Part shown: positions 17,844 to 27,076 of the stretch, piece by piece | Layout of the letters: every line of letters starts with the position of its first letter | How positions within the stretch are numbered: the first letter of the stretch is position 1 | IMG/VR virus record: IMGVR_UViG_3300043149_000013 | Location: 1 to 56,208 of that record | Length of the DNA stretch: 56,208 nt | Strand: one strand, 5' to 3' | Source: a virus | Lineage: Duplodnaviria; Caudoviricetes | The notes under the pieces: generated by a model | Database searches by the model: none | Seen by the model: the letters and a program-made list of their open reading frames with translations, nothing else | What the model was told of the DNA's origin: nothing | Program-made: the position numbers and the translations under genes

Positions 17844-18796
17844 CGGGGCATCTCATTCCACTCGCGGCCATCCAGCAAGCGGCCGGCGGATTTCTTGCCA
17901 ACCCGATAGAGATCCGGTTGATCGTCAACATGGCCATCGGTGCGGGCGAGGCTTTCGCGGCTAAAGATCCAGTGCCCATCGAATAGCGTGGCCGTCTGGA
18001 CAATGCCCTTTTGCCTATCAACGTTCTCACCCGGCGTCCACACTCCCCATTGCTTGAAGAAAAACGGGACGCCCGCCGCGATGCACTGATCCCGGATGGA
18101 CCGCACCCAAGCGGGACGCATCGGACGCGCGCCCTTCCCGCCCGACTCCCCGCCCACAATCACCCAGTGGATGCCCGTTAGATCCAGGGGTCCGAGGTCT
18201 TCCAGCAGCGGCTCCAAACTCAGGAAGCGAACCGGCGCAATCTCAAACGAAGCGGACATCGGCGGGCATTCGAAAGTTCGCGGGAGGTTCCGCAATAGAT
18301 CGATGCGGCCCAAGTGCGCCCGGTCCTCCACCGACACCCCGAACCAAACATGTGGCATCGGCCCGAACGTGGCAAAGATTCGCTTCATGATCGCGGGCAG
18401 CCGCGCGTCCGTCTCCCCATGCTTCGTCAAGACCTGGAACCGATGCCAGTTCGCGCGGTGCATCACCTTGAACACTTCAGCAATGTCCTCATCTGAAAGC
18501 GACGGGTGGAATAGATCGGAAAGCGAATTCACAAAGTAGGTGGTGGGTTTCTTGCGCCGCAACGGAATACACAGGCGCGCCGGCACCATCCGCACCTTTC
18601 CCGTCCAATTCACCTGCCCATTCTGGATTACCGTCAACCCCGCGTTCGCCGCTGCAATCTTTGGATTGGGATTGCTGGCCAGCCGATGCACCACTTTGAT
18701 GGCGTAGCAAAGTTTGCACCCGGCGCTGCACTTCGAACAGCCGAGAGTGGGGTTCCACGTGGCCTGCGTCCATTCAATCGGAGAATTGAGACTCAT
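17840..18796 (-). CDS. Phage Gp37/Gp68 family (DUF5131) protein
   Basis: IEWT.ATWNP..GC.KCS.GC..CYA, FVNSLSDLFH, FQVLTK, GVSVED, FLSLEPLL, WVIVGGESG, FFFKQWG. Confidence 0.92.
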   Translation of the reverse strand: MSLNSPIEWTQATWNPTLGCSKCSAGCKLCYAIKVVHRLASNPNPKIAAANAGLTVIQNGQVNWTGKVRMVPARLCIPLRRKKPTTYFVNSLSDLFHPSLSDEDIAEVFKVMHRANWHRFQVLTKHGETDARLPAIMKRIFATFGPMPHVWFGVSVEDRAHLGRIDLLRNLPRTFECPPMSASFEIAPVRFLSLEPLLEDLGPLDLTGIHWVIVGGESGGKGARPMRPAWVRSIRDQCIAAGVPFFFKQWGVWTPGENVDRQKGIVQTATLFDGHWIFSRESLARTDGHVDDQPDLYRVGKKSAGRLLDGREWNEMPR

Positions 18797-19053
18797 TCGT
18801 TTTGCGCCCTCGCGTACTGCCCTTCCAGCATTTCGCACGTGGTGCAGTCGTACCACGCGGTCAGATCCTTGGAGCCATGCACTTGCCAGCGGTGCAGCCG
18901 CATGGCTTCCACTGCATCCCACGCCGTCTCCCGCTCCGGCTCTTTCTTTTTCCGCGCTTCCCAACACGGGACCGAGCAGTAGCCGCGCGGCCAGAACATG
19001 TTCGAGTAGCGCCAGTAGTTGCGACCGCAAGAGCGGCAGACCGGGGTACTCAC
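18793..19053 (-). CDS. Zinc-finger protein
   Basis: CRSC..YCSVPC..C..C. Confidence 0.6.
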   Translation of the reverse strand: MSTPVCRSCGRNYWRYSNMFWPRGYCSVPCWEARKKKEPERETAWDAVEAMRLHRWQVHGSKDLTAWYDCTTCEMLEGQYARAQNE

Positions 19054-19307
19054 ATCACCGGCCCCTCAGGTTCCCTTCGCATGTATTCCGCTCTCCGCTT
19101 GCGCAAAGACAGGACTCCCAAGGCACGGGCAAAGAATCGGACATGGGGATTCCGCAAGGTTTCGCCGGCATCCAAGCGCCGCTGCGCTTCCAGCCGTTCG
19201 TATCCCAGGATTTCCTGCACGCCTTGAAAGTAGGCGTCCAGATTCGTGGCCTTGATCGGCCGCGCGTTGGCCGTGGTTGCTTGCACGAAGTATTCCATCA
19301 GCGGCAC
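19050..19307 (-). CDS. Hypothetical protein
   Basis: Part of a coupled minus-strand operon. Confidence 0.5.
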   Translation of the reverse strand: MPLMEYFVQATTANARPIKATNLDAYFQGVQEILGYERLEAQRRLDAGETLRNPHVRFFARALGVLSLRKRRAEYMRREPEGPVM

Positions 19308-19509
19308 CTCATTACCTCGGAGAGCAAGCGCTTGGCCTGATCCAAATAGCGGGCATGGACGTAGATCGCGATGGAGTCTTCACGGGTCAGGTACACGCGG
19401 GGTTCGATGCCCAATCCGTTCAGGTGGGTGCGGAGAATCGGCCAGCGGCCTGTGGGTTGGCGGTCGGGTTCCGGGAATTCCGCCAGTTTGCGGAGGAGTT
19501 TCGCGGCCA

Positions 19510-19758
19510 TCAGACACGCCCCACAAAGCGCACCGGGTACCAGTCGCACCGCTCATTGGCCGCTTCCGCGCCGACCATCACCGCGCAGTGCGAAAAGAAT
19601 CGGCAGTCCCCGCACGTCTTGCCCTCTGGCAAATTCATGGTGGCGAAGTAACCGTTTGAAAAGTGGCCCTGATCGGAAACAGGACACTTCAAGTCGGGGC
19701 CGTGGAGGTCTTTGGATCGGCCACAATCCACGCATCGGTCGGAGCGAGTGTTGGCCAT
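19510..19758 (-). CDS. Cys-rich small protein
   Basis: CVDC..MNLPEGKTCGDC..C..CDWYP. Confidence 0.6.
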   Translation of the reverse strand: MANTRSDRCVDCGRSKDLHGPDLKCPVSDQGHFSNGYFATMNLPEGKTCGDCRFFSHCAVMVGAEAANERCDWYPVRFVGRV

Positions 19759-19979
19759 TACAGGGACACCCCGCTTTCCGCCATCTGCCGGCGTTCTTTA
19801 CGGGAAGGCAGGTAGATGCCGTGCGCCTGAAGCATGATGCGCGTCAGCGGGACATCCAGACAGCGGATGCACTTCCCGTACTTGGTAGCCTTCGCCCCAC
19901 ATGAGCACTGCGCCTGGCGACTATCGACACGTGGGGACTTGCGCCGCCGATTCGCGGGACGCCCATTACTTTTGGGCAT
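19758..19979 (-). CDS. Small basic zinc-finger protein
   Basis: CSCG..KCIRC. Confidence 0.5.
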   Translation of the reverse strand: MPKSNGRPANRRRKSPRVDSRQAQCSCGAKATKYGKCIRCLDVPLTRIMLQAHGIYLPSRKERRQMAESGVSL

Positions 19980-20565
19980 TGCCGCGCTCCCACATGGTGC
20001 AGTATCCGTCCCGTGCCGCCTGAATCAGAATGGTGCAGACAGCAGCCTGCCGCGCCTGGTCATCCCACTGTTCTCCGCGAGCCTTCAATTCGTTGGAGAC
20101 TAAGGAAACGATTTCCCCGAATGCCACATTGAGCGGCACTTTCATGGGAGGGACGGGAGACGCCACGGGGCGAGCGGCGGGTTGCGGCGCTGGACCATAT
20201 GTGCCCGTGCCGCGCATCTGCGGTTGGGACTGGGACTGCTGCGAGGCCACCGGCTTGCGCGCCGCGGCGACCGACCGCTGCAACGTGGGCTCCATCTCTT
20301 CTTCCCGTGTGGTTACCGGGTTGACATCCCACCGGGTGTGATTGTTCGGCCCTACCCGCTTGGTAATCGAAAAGGGGATGCCGGGCTTGAATCCCGAGTT
20401 GCGGATGGAGGCGGCAACTGATTCCGACACGTACATTCGGCGTCCGTCCATCAGCGTGTAGAGGACCTGGGGTCCGTAGCGGCCGGTAACGTTCAATCCG
20501 TCCGCGTACTGCAAGCAAACTTCCTGGGGAATGTTCGGTTCAAAGTGGACTAGGTTGTTATTCAT
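19966..20565 (-). CDS. Hypothetical protein (OB-like N-terminus, possible ssDNA-binding or recombination protein)
   Basis: GAGG RBS; beta-rich N-domain, Pro/Gln linker, helical C-terminus. Confidence 0.55.
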   Translation of the reverse strand: MNNNLVHFEPNIPQEVCLQYADGLNVTGRYGPQVLYTLMDGRRMYVSESVAASIRNSGFKPGIPFSITKRVGPNNHTRWDVNPVTTREEEMEPTLQRSVAAARKPVASQQSQSQPQMRGTGTYGPAPQPAARPVASPVPPMKVPLNVAFGEIVSLVSNELKARGEQWDDQARQAAVCTILIQAARDGYCTMWERGNAQK

Positions 20566-20593
20566 CGCGTTTCTACCTCACAAACTTTATGGT

Positions 20594-20620
20594 TTGAACA
20601 ATCTGGGGATATGGCGCGCT
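20594..20620 (-). repeat. 27-bp inverted repeat, right copy
   Basis: Reverse complement of 16658-16684. Confidence 0.9.
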
Positions 20621-20833
20621 TTCACCACCAACGTACGCCAGTCGCCATCAGATTTTCATTTGCACAAGACGGCCATGCGGGACAGCACCTCCCGCGCCCT
20701 GTCGATGGCTTCAATCAGGCGCTCCCACATCAGCGCTTCCTGCTCATCCATACAGCAGTCGAAGCACATCCCGAGATGGAAGACTCGCACCCGGCGCGTA
20801 CACTTCGCACAGCGGGGCAGCCAGAACAGCAGA

Positions 20834-21112
20834 TCATTCATCCGCAAGCATTGCCTCTTTCAGCCGGCCCACCGCGCGTCCGGGGATTCCACAATCGCTT
20901 ACAGCCACCCCGGATTCAATCACTGTTACCGGGATGCTCTTCAAATTCCGCACCTCGTCAATATCCAGATCCCCGAATACCACCGCACCCGGCTCCGGCA
21001 TCACCAGCACCGCCAGTGAGAAATTGGAGCAACGCATCATGGCCGTTACCAAGTACGTGCCATACGCGGTTGGTTCGATCAGGATCGCGAGGCGCGGGGA
21101 TTTATCGGTCAT
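20834..21112 (-). CDS. Hypothetical protein
   Basis: Operon context. Confidence 0.45.
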   Translation of the reverse strand: MTDKSPRLAILIEPTAYGTYLVTAMMRCSNFSLAVLVMPEPGAVVFGDLDIDEVRNLKSIPVTVIESGVAVSDCGIPGRAVGRLKEAMLADE

Positions 21113-21812
21113 CGCGGGGTCCTGTTCTCATCTTGATCGATTGGGCTCGCCGGGCATGGTTCACGGGGTACAAATACGGCGATCCTGTACCCTCATCAAA
21201 CGCTTCCATGATCTCGGGAGCGAGTGTAAAATAGCAGTAGTTGGAGTTGCGAAGCGTTCCTAGCAGCATCCGCTGCGCATCGGCCTTCGAAATGCCCCGG
21301 CTTCGAAGATAAAATAGGGCGCTTTTGTCAATGTGCGCTTCGTCGCTCAGGTAGTGAATAAACAACCCGTCGTCGTCGCAGAATTCCAGGAACCCGCCGA
21401 TATCGATCTTTGTGAACTCGTGCGGCCATACATGCACCGCACCGTCCGGCGTATTGATGACAGCCTGATGCAAGTGGGTATACTGCCGATCCTTCCGCCG
21501 CTTGATTCCGAGATCATGCAAGAGTACGCGTGCGTTAGATGTATGCGGCTTTGCAAACCACATCGAAAGGCGGGGAACCGAAATTACCTGGGTAGTTTCG
21601 CCTACCATCCTGCCGACCGTCACTGTTGATAGCAGCAAGATCCAAGCGCCATCGGCTGGAATCTCTTTGCCGTATTCTTCTGGAAACGCATCCTCTGGGC
21701 ATTCGCGGCGGCGCACCATGTCGTCTATTGTTAACTGCTTGATGAGCTTCGCTTCTTCCGATTCGCTCCACGCGGGATTTGGAATCATGCGAGGTACCAC
21801 CTCAGTGTTCAC
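21102..21812 (-). CDS. Hypothetical protein with a SufB/SufD-like C-terminal motif
   Basis: IDKSALFYLRSRGISKADAQRMLLG resembles the SufBD C-terminal helices. Confidence 0.6.
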   Translation of the reverse strand: MNTEVVPRMIPNPAWSESEEAKLIKQLTIDDMVRRRECPEDAFPEEYGKEIPADGAWILLLSTVTVGRMVGETTQVISVPRLSMWFAKPHTSNARVLLHDLGIKRRKDRQYTHLHQAVINTPDGAVHVWPHEFTKIDIGGFLEFCDDDGLFIHYLSDEAHIDKSALFYLRSRGISKADAQRMLLGTLRNSNYCYFTLAPEIMEAFDEGTGSPYLYPVNHARRAQSIKMRTGPRDDR

Positions 21813-22260
21813 GCGGCATTCCTCCTCTGTCCAATTCCTACTTCGCCCTCTCGCGAAAGAGGCTTCCTCTCAGGGACAACAAACAATCGCGGTTTCCATG
21901 TGGTGCAGCACTCCCCCACATACAACTGCAACTCCCCATCCCAAGCGCGCTCCACCATGGACCCGCAAACTTGACACTTCTCTGCAATCTCAGGCCCCGC
22001 CATACGCAAACTCCCGCAGCTCCGCTTCTGCAGCGAACACCATCCGCCGCGCGTCCGCTTGCGCTTTCCGGTTCCTCGGATCATTCACCAGTTCCAAGGC
22101 ATTCTGGTAGGACCGTAGGATAGCCGTGCCCTTGTGCACGTTCCCACCATTCATGCGACCCACGGCGTAGTGCACCAGCAGCAAGTTTTCGCGCATCATC
22201 TCCAGCGTCTCTCAGGCTACGCACGAGCGGGCTTGCGCCCGCCGTGCTCCATTTTTTTTC

Positions 22261-22455
22261 TTAGAATGACCGCGACCACGACCACGACCACGACCGCGAC
22301 CGCGACCACGACCACGACCGCGACCGCGACCGCGACCACGACCCCGACCACGACCCCGACCGCGACCCCGACCGCGACCACGACCGCGACCACGACCGCG
22401 ACCCCGACCGCGACCACGACCACGACCGCGACCGCTCGACTACAGCGGCGTTCAT
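22261..22455 (-). CDS. Ser/Arg/Trp/Gly dipeptide-repeat protein (64 aa)
   Basis: MNAAVVERSRSWSWSRSGS...; ATGA-coupled to the upstream gene. Confidence 0.75.
   Translation of the reverse strand: MNAAVVERSRSWSWSRSGSRSWSRSWSRSGSRSGSWSGSWSRSRSRSWSWSRSRSWSWSWSRSF
22268..22433. repeat. Degenerate hexamer tandem repeat GACC[GAC]C
   Basis: About 27 units encoding the SR/SW/SG dipeptides. Confidence 0.9.
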
Positions 22456-22775
22456 TTCTGCGTCCTCGGAAGCGCGTGCTTCCACGGGAAAGCATCGGCT
22501 ATCGTGTCGGCATTGACGATTGCTTCCCCAACGGGTTCTACCTCATTCAGGCTTCCAGTTTTCAGTGCATCTGCGAATCTGCCACTGTCGGCGATCCATG
22601 CGGCATCTTCCAATACCAGGAAGCGCCCGATAATCTGCACCACACGTCCAGTGAGGTGGTAAGTGACCGTGCGCAAGAAATACGCGCGGCCAATCTCAAA
22701 CGGCTGCGTACGTGCCTCCGTCTGTTTGCCTGCTGGCTTCTGTTTGGTCGTCTTCTTCTTCGTTGTTTGTTTCAT
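22452..22775 (-). CDS. Small beta-barrel-like phage protein, partner of the SR-repeat gene
   Basis: IGRAYFLRTVTYHLTGRV..LEDAAWIADSGRF..EVEP. Confidence 0.75.
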   Translation of the reverse strand: MKQTTKKKTTKQKPAGKQTEARTQPFEIGRAYFLRTVTYHLTGRVVQIIGRFLVLEDAAWIADSGRFADALKTGSLNEVEPVGEAIVNADTIADAFPWKHALPRTQK

Positions 22776-22942
22776 CGTCCCAAATCCCTTTCGTGATCCC
22801 CATTCATTAAATCGCCGGCCAATTCGATGGACGGTGGCTCGTGGTACACCGGGTAATGCATCAGGGCATCGTCGCGTTGTTCCAGCTCCCGACGCCGCGC
22901 TTTCTGCGCGGGTGTTTCGTCAAAGTGATGCGAGGCTGCCAT

Positions 22943-23191
22943 TTACCACCATCCCCAAATCTTGCCAATCAAATAGACAGACAGGAAGAGAATTAGGTGA
23001 ACGACCATCTGCCCAAGAATCCACTTCGGAATAGAAGTGCGGTTGACATCAGAGCTACCGGTAACTTTCGCAGACTCTACCGTCTCTTCCGCCTCAATCC
23101 AGATAATCAGGGCGAAAAAGCAGATGACAAAGACCCAGAACAGAGTCCCTACTATCTGCTGGAATAGTACCGAAATCACCAGAGGCTTCAT
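22943..23191 (-). CDS. Small protein with two TM segments
   Basis: Two hydrophobic helices. Confidence 0.55.
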   Translation of the reverse strand: MKPLVISVLFQQIVGTLFWVFVICFFALIIWIEAEETVESAKVTGSSDVNRTSIPKWILGQMVVHLILFLSVYLIGKIWGWW

Positions 23192-23508
23192 GCTGCCCTC
23201 TTTCCCGTCTTGATCTCGTACGCCCGATTCAATCGCTCTACCAGTGCAGGCACATCCAATCCGTGCCGCTCGGCAAATCCCCGTGGGTCCTGATCGAACT
23301 CCCGATGTTCTTTGCGCGTCAGTGGAATGCACGACAGGTCCGAGGATTTAGAGCCAATTCCATGTGGCCCCGTATGACAGGCATCACACCCGTACCGCCC
23401 CGACACTGCCGAAGGGAGCGACCGCACGAAGGCTTTGTAGCGCTCATCCCGTACCGGCTTTTCTGCCACGTAGATGCGCTCACTGCGGATACCAAAGACA
23501 CGCTCCAT
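23188..23508 (-). CDS. DUF968-like (HNH-related) protein
   Basis: YKAFVRSLPSAVSG..DACH..GIGSK.SD..CIPLTR.EH. Confidence 0.7.
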   Translation of the reverse strand: MERVFGIRSERIYVAEKPVRDERYKAFVRSLPSAVSGRYGCDACHTGPHGIGSKSSDLSCIPLTRKEHREFDQDPRGFAERHGLDVPALVERLNRAYEIKTGKRAA

Positions 23509-23892
23509 TTACCAAACTCCATCATGAAAGTAGGGATGCTCACTGTTGGCATGTTGGGCGGTGACGGCATCCACTTCATCTTTGGGGTACGCCCGGTCTT
23601 CTTTGGGACGTTGAGTGCAGATAAAGGCCGCCTGCGATTCCGGAACCGCCCAGGCTTCCCGCAAATCAGTGGTGTACCCACTGCCACCTGCACGCCACCA
23701 AACCAAACAATCTCCGCAGAACCAGCGATTGCGGATATAGAACAGGCGTTCGCCCAACTCGCCTTCATGCCGGATTCGAACCGTCGCGCGTTCCGCTGGT
23801 GTCACGGCGATCCGATGGATATACTCTCGCGCCTTTTCCTCCGTCCAATCAGACGGGCAGGTCAGCACCACTTCCACTTTGAAGAGTTTCAT
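23509..23892 (-). CDS. Hypothetical phage protein
   Basis: GD..VWW..G.GYTTDL.EA pattern. Confidence 0.6.
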   Translation of the reverse strand: MKLFKVEVVLTCPSDWTEEKAREYIHRIAVTPAERATVRIRHEGELGERLFYIRNRWFCGDCLVWWRAGGSGYTTDLREAWAVPESQAAFICTQRPKEDRAYPKDEVDAVTAQHANSEHPYFHDGVW

Positions 23893-24611
23893 TCTTTCCC
23901 TCGAATCATCCGGCCCTCGTGCGCGCCTTCGAAATCCACTCGCGATCCTTGCCGGTACCCCTCTCGAAATGCCAACTCCGCTTTCTTCGCAGGCTTCACA
24001 CTGGGATCGTACGTCCCGCGAAATTCCAACTGTTCTACCATCCGCTTGGCAACCGCATTCCCGATCCGCACCAATTCCATGGATTGCGATGCCCGCATGG
24101 CTGCCCGCTTCCGCTCCATAGCCAGATCCCGAATCCGCATCGCCGCCCCATTCCGAAATGCCACGTACTCATCCTTATCGAATGGCTTGCAACCGAACAG
24201 GAATCCTTCGCCGATGTGCCGGGTTTTCTTCCAGCCTTCCAGCAGCGCTTCAATCGATTCCAGTAACCAGTGGAACGTGAGGCGCGCGGTTTCCACATTG
24301 GCTTCCAATCCAACAAATGCCACGCGCCATTTCGATCCCTTGCCTACCCAGAAGCACTCCACGTCAAAGAGATCACAAAGCGTTCGGGCTACCACGTTGT
24401 AATGTGGCTTGCGTTTTCCAATCGCATGGGACACTTGCTCGCATCCCGGCTCCGCTTCCAGTTGTACGGTGCCGATGTCCAGATTGTGCTTTTCCAGTAA
24501 CTCGCGCACCCGCGCCGCTGCATTCGCCGCTTCCGCTTCAGTCCCCGCGCGTTCGGCGAGCGCTTGCAGTTTGCGGATTTTCTCAATGACGGGATTGGGT
24601 ACGCTCGGCAC
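23889..24611 (-). CDS. DUF2786-domain protein, probably leaderless
   Basis: VIEKIRKLQALAE..EAEAANAAARVRELLEKHNL; GTG lies 7 nt from the -10 box. Confidence 0.8.
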   Translation of the reverse strand: MPSVPNPVIEKIRKLQALAERAGTEAEAANAAARVRELLEKHNLDIGTVQLEAEPGCEQVSHAIGKRKPHYNVVARTLCDLFDVECFWVGKGSKWRVAFVGLEANVETARLTFHWLLESIEALLEGWKKTRHIGEGFLFGCKPFDKDEYVAFRNGAAMRIRDLAMERKRAAMRASQSMELVRIGNAVAKRMVEQLEFRGTYDPSVKPAKKAELAFREGYRQGSRVDFEGAHEGRMIRGKE

Positions 24612-24617
24612 AAATTC

Positions 24618-24646
24618 ATCCTACTTCGGAGCGCTACGTATGTCAA
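24618..24646 (-). promoter_or_regulatory. Leftward sigma70-like promoter
   Basis: TTGACA-17 nt-TAGGAT on the minus strand. Confidence 0.75.
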
Positions 24647-24709
24647 CAGAAAATCTACCGGCGCTTTTCACCCGGCGTACCATACACTCGGTTAATTTTC
24701 AGTTGGTAC

Positions 24710-24738
24710 TTGACGGCGCGTATGCAATCGGCTACGAT
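24710..24738 (+). promoter_or_regulatory. Rightward sigma70-like promoter
   Basis: TTGACG-17 nt-TACGAT. Confidence 0.7.
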
Positions 24739-24752
24739 TCGTACTGCTAGGA

Positions 24753-24929
24753 ATGGTGACGCCACAGAAGGACCCAAACGCGGTTGCGCTCGGCAAGAAG
24801 GGCGGGACGGCTCGTGCTGTTTCCATGACGCCTGCGCAGCGATCGAAGGCCGCGCGACGGGCCATCAAGGAACGCTGGCGCAAATACTACGAGGCGAATC
24901 CAGACAAGAAGAAGGGCCGCAAGAGATGA
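24753..24929 (+). CDS. 58-aa basic KGG-motif protein (not in the ORF track)
   Basis: KDPNAVALGKKGGTARAVSMTPAQRSKAARRAIKERW. Confidence 0.8.
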   Translation: MVTPQKDPNAVALGKKGGTARAVSMTPAQRSKAARRAIKERWRKYYEANPDKKKGRKR

Positions 24930-25141
24930 AGGTCACCTACGAGTACGATGTGCGCCGCGCGACCTTTCCGAACGGGGATGACGCCGCCGTGATTGCGTGG
25001 CTGAACTCGTTCGGCACGGAGAGTTGGGGAGCCATCCAACTGGATCGATTCCCCTTGCGAAACAATCGCAGACGCCTGACCGGAGAAACCCTGTACCGCG
25101 CCACACTCGAACGCTGCATCTTTCACGAAGAGGCCGCATGA
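24926..25141 (+). CDS. Small hypothetical protein
   Basis: YEY..WLNSFGTESW; ATGA coupling. Confidence 0.55.
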   Translation: MKVTYEYDVRRATFPNGDDAAVIAWLNSFGTESWGAIQLDRFPLRNNRRRLTGETLYRATLERCIFHEEAA

Positions 25142-25449
25142 GCGACAGCGCACCAATTCTCGAGACCGACCAGCGCCCGCGCTTCCCCAAGTGGGGAGCC
25201 AAAGAACGGGACTTCTGGATGGATCTACTGGCCGACTACTCCGGGTGCTTCCTGGGACAGTTGGGAGACCAGCAAGAAAAAGGGGACACCACCTTAGTAC
25301 ATCTGCCCAAGGAAGACCAGGCCACCGAAGCGGTATTGCTGGCCGCGCGCCTGGCGGATGTCGCATTGCAAGAGATGGGCTACCGATTCTGGATTCAGGA
25401 GAATGGACCGAAGCGCCGGCCGCGCGTGGTCAAAAGGACGAGACGATGA
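25138..25449 (+). CDS. Hypothetical protein
   Basis: ATGA coupling. Confidence 0.55.
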   Translation: MSDSAPILETDQRPRFPKWGAKERDFWMDLLADYSGCFLGQLGDQQEKGDTTLVHLPKEDQATEAVLLAARLADVALQEMGYRFWIQENGPKRRPRVVKRTRR

Positions 25450-25901
25450 CCGAACAATCCCAAGCATCCTTCAATGGCTATGCCCGCGTCGAAGTCATGG
25501 GGCACCAAGTGCACATCGGGTATGTGAGGACCGAAGCCTACGGACAGGCCGTACTGTTCCGCATCGACACCCCAGAACTTCCAGAGCGCGAGTGGACTTT
25601 GGAAGCGCCGGAGTGGATCGGCAGCCAGTTAGCCCCGGTCGGCACCAAAGTGCAGCGTCCTGCGGTACCGGGTGGATCGGTACTGATTGGCGCGGGGTCC
25701 ATCTACCGCATCGTGCCGTGCTCGGAAGCCGCCGCGCTCAAAGCCATCGAGAACGGGACGCACCGGCCCTTGAAAGTGATTGACCTGCCACCGGGCCACG
25801 TACTGGCACCTCCCGAGTCGCGGGACTACACGTGCTGCAACGGCAATCCCGACGATGGTCACGACGACGATTGCGAGAACTCCCCGGAGGTTGAATTCTA
25901 A
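25446..25901 (+). CDS. Phage hypothetical protein
   Basis: ARVEVMGH..G.V..LFRID.P..GAGSIYRI.PCSE. Confidence 0.65.
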   Translation: MTEQSQASFNGYARVEVMGHQVHIGYVRTEAYGQAVLFRIDTPELPEREWTLEAPEWIGSQLAPVGTKVQRPAVPGGSVLIGAGSIYRIVPCSEAAALKAIENGTHRPLKVIDLPPGHVLAPPESRDYTCCNGNPDDGHDDDCENSPEVEF

Positions 25902-26332
25902 TGCCCGATACTGTTCAAGTAGCCCGTTCTTTCGAGTGTTCCTACGAAACCAAGGACCTCGCCACCTTCCAGCGGGAAGGCCACTTCGTACCGGCAATGC
26001 AGGACGAAGAGCAACGGCGCCGCCCGTGGGAAGGGGACACGGTGCATATTCTGCAACTGGACTGGCACCGCACCCAGGTTTTACGCGTTCTGGCCGACAG
26101 CCGAGAGGAAGTGGTACTCCTCATGGGCAACCGGATTCACGAATACTTCTTTGGCATGTGGGTATCGGCGCAGACCACCACCCGGTTGATTGAAGTGACC
26201 GCCCTGATGCAGGAGGAGCGGAACAATGTAATGGAGGCGTTGCGCGGAGCCGGGTTGCCGTTGTCGATTTCCGATCCCGTGAAGGGGATTGAGTGGCTGA
26301 AGGCGCGCGCGGGCGAGAAGTCGGAGGGGTGA
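25901..26332 (+). CDS. Hypothetical protein
   Basis: TAATG coupling. Confidence 0.5.
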   Translation: MPDTVQVARSFECSYETKDLATFQREGHFVPAMQDEEQRRRPWEGDTVHILQLDWHRTQVLRVLADSREEVVLLMGNRIHEYFFGMWVSAQTTTRLIEVTALMQEERNNVMEALRGAGLPLSISDPVKGIEWLKARAGEKSEG

Positions 26333-26847
26333 TGCTGGACCGGGTGGATAGCTGGATGCTGGATCGATGCCAGATAATTACTGACCGGGTGCAATTGTGG
26401 ATTGGGCCGGACGCGCTGCAGCAGGCAAATCTGATGTGCATCGTGTCGGCGATTGGGATTCTGTGGCTGATCGTAGCCGACTTGCGGTCTCACTGGGACG
26501 CCAGCACTTGGTTCAAAAGTCTGATCCTCCTGTGCCGAGTTTACGAGTTGTTTTTCGGAAACCCCACGGACAATGACATCCGCCGCGACGCCCACATGGG
26601 GATGCGCAACCGTAGACGGATAGAGGGCATCAAGGCCAGAAAGTTTTCGCTCTGCGCCGCGCTGATTCTGCCTGTTGCCTGCAGTTTGGGATGGGCTTAC
26701 CCGGTATGGTTCTTTGGCGATATCGCCAATCAGTGGATGGGGACCTGTGACCTGCGCCCGCCGCAGTCTTCGAAGGTTCGCGAGTGGGTCAAGAGCCTAT
26801 CCATCCTGCCGACTCGCACGCCCGCTCCGGCGCAGGAGGCCGCGTGA
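26329..26847 (+). CDS. Membrane protein
   Basis: GGAGG RBS; several hydrophobic segments. Confidence 0.55.
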   Translation: MMLDRVDSWMLDRCQIITDRVQLWIGPDALQQANLMCIVSAIGILWLIVADLRSHWDASTWFKSLILLCRVYELFFGNPTDNDIRRDAHMGMRNRRRIEGIKARKFSLCAALILPVACSLGWAYPVWFFGDIANQWMGTCDLRPPQSSKVREWVKSLSILPTRTPAPAQEAA

Positions 26848-27076
26848 ATCCCGATCTCATCCAGCGCGCCCTGATGCACTACGCGGAACATTTGGAGACT
26901 GCGAAAGATGACGGATTGGACCTCATTGAGCAGCACGCCCAATGCCTAGAAGCAATCGCATGTTTTCTCTGGCCGGAAGAGGGAGCGCGCCGATTTCGAG
27001 GTACTCCAGGTGACGCGGCGTACGCCATCATGGAGGAGTTGAAGCGCCGGGGACTCGGGAATGGGAAGGTGGGCGA

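Noticed and set aside
22134-22796. Plus-strand Thr/Ala-repeat ORF and the Val-rich alternative frame
   Set aside because: These are shadow frames of the hexamer array; the minus-strand SR frame is the one coupled within the operon
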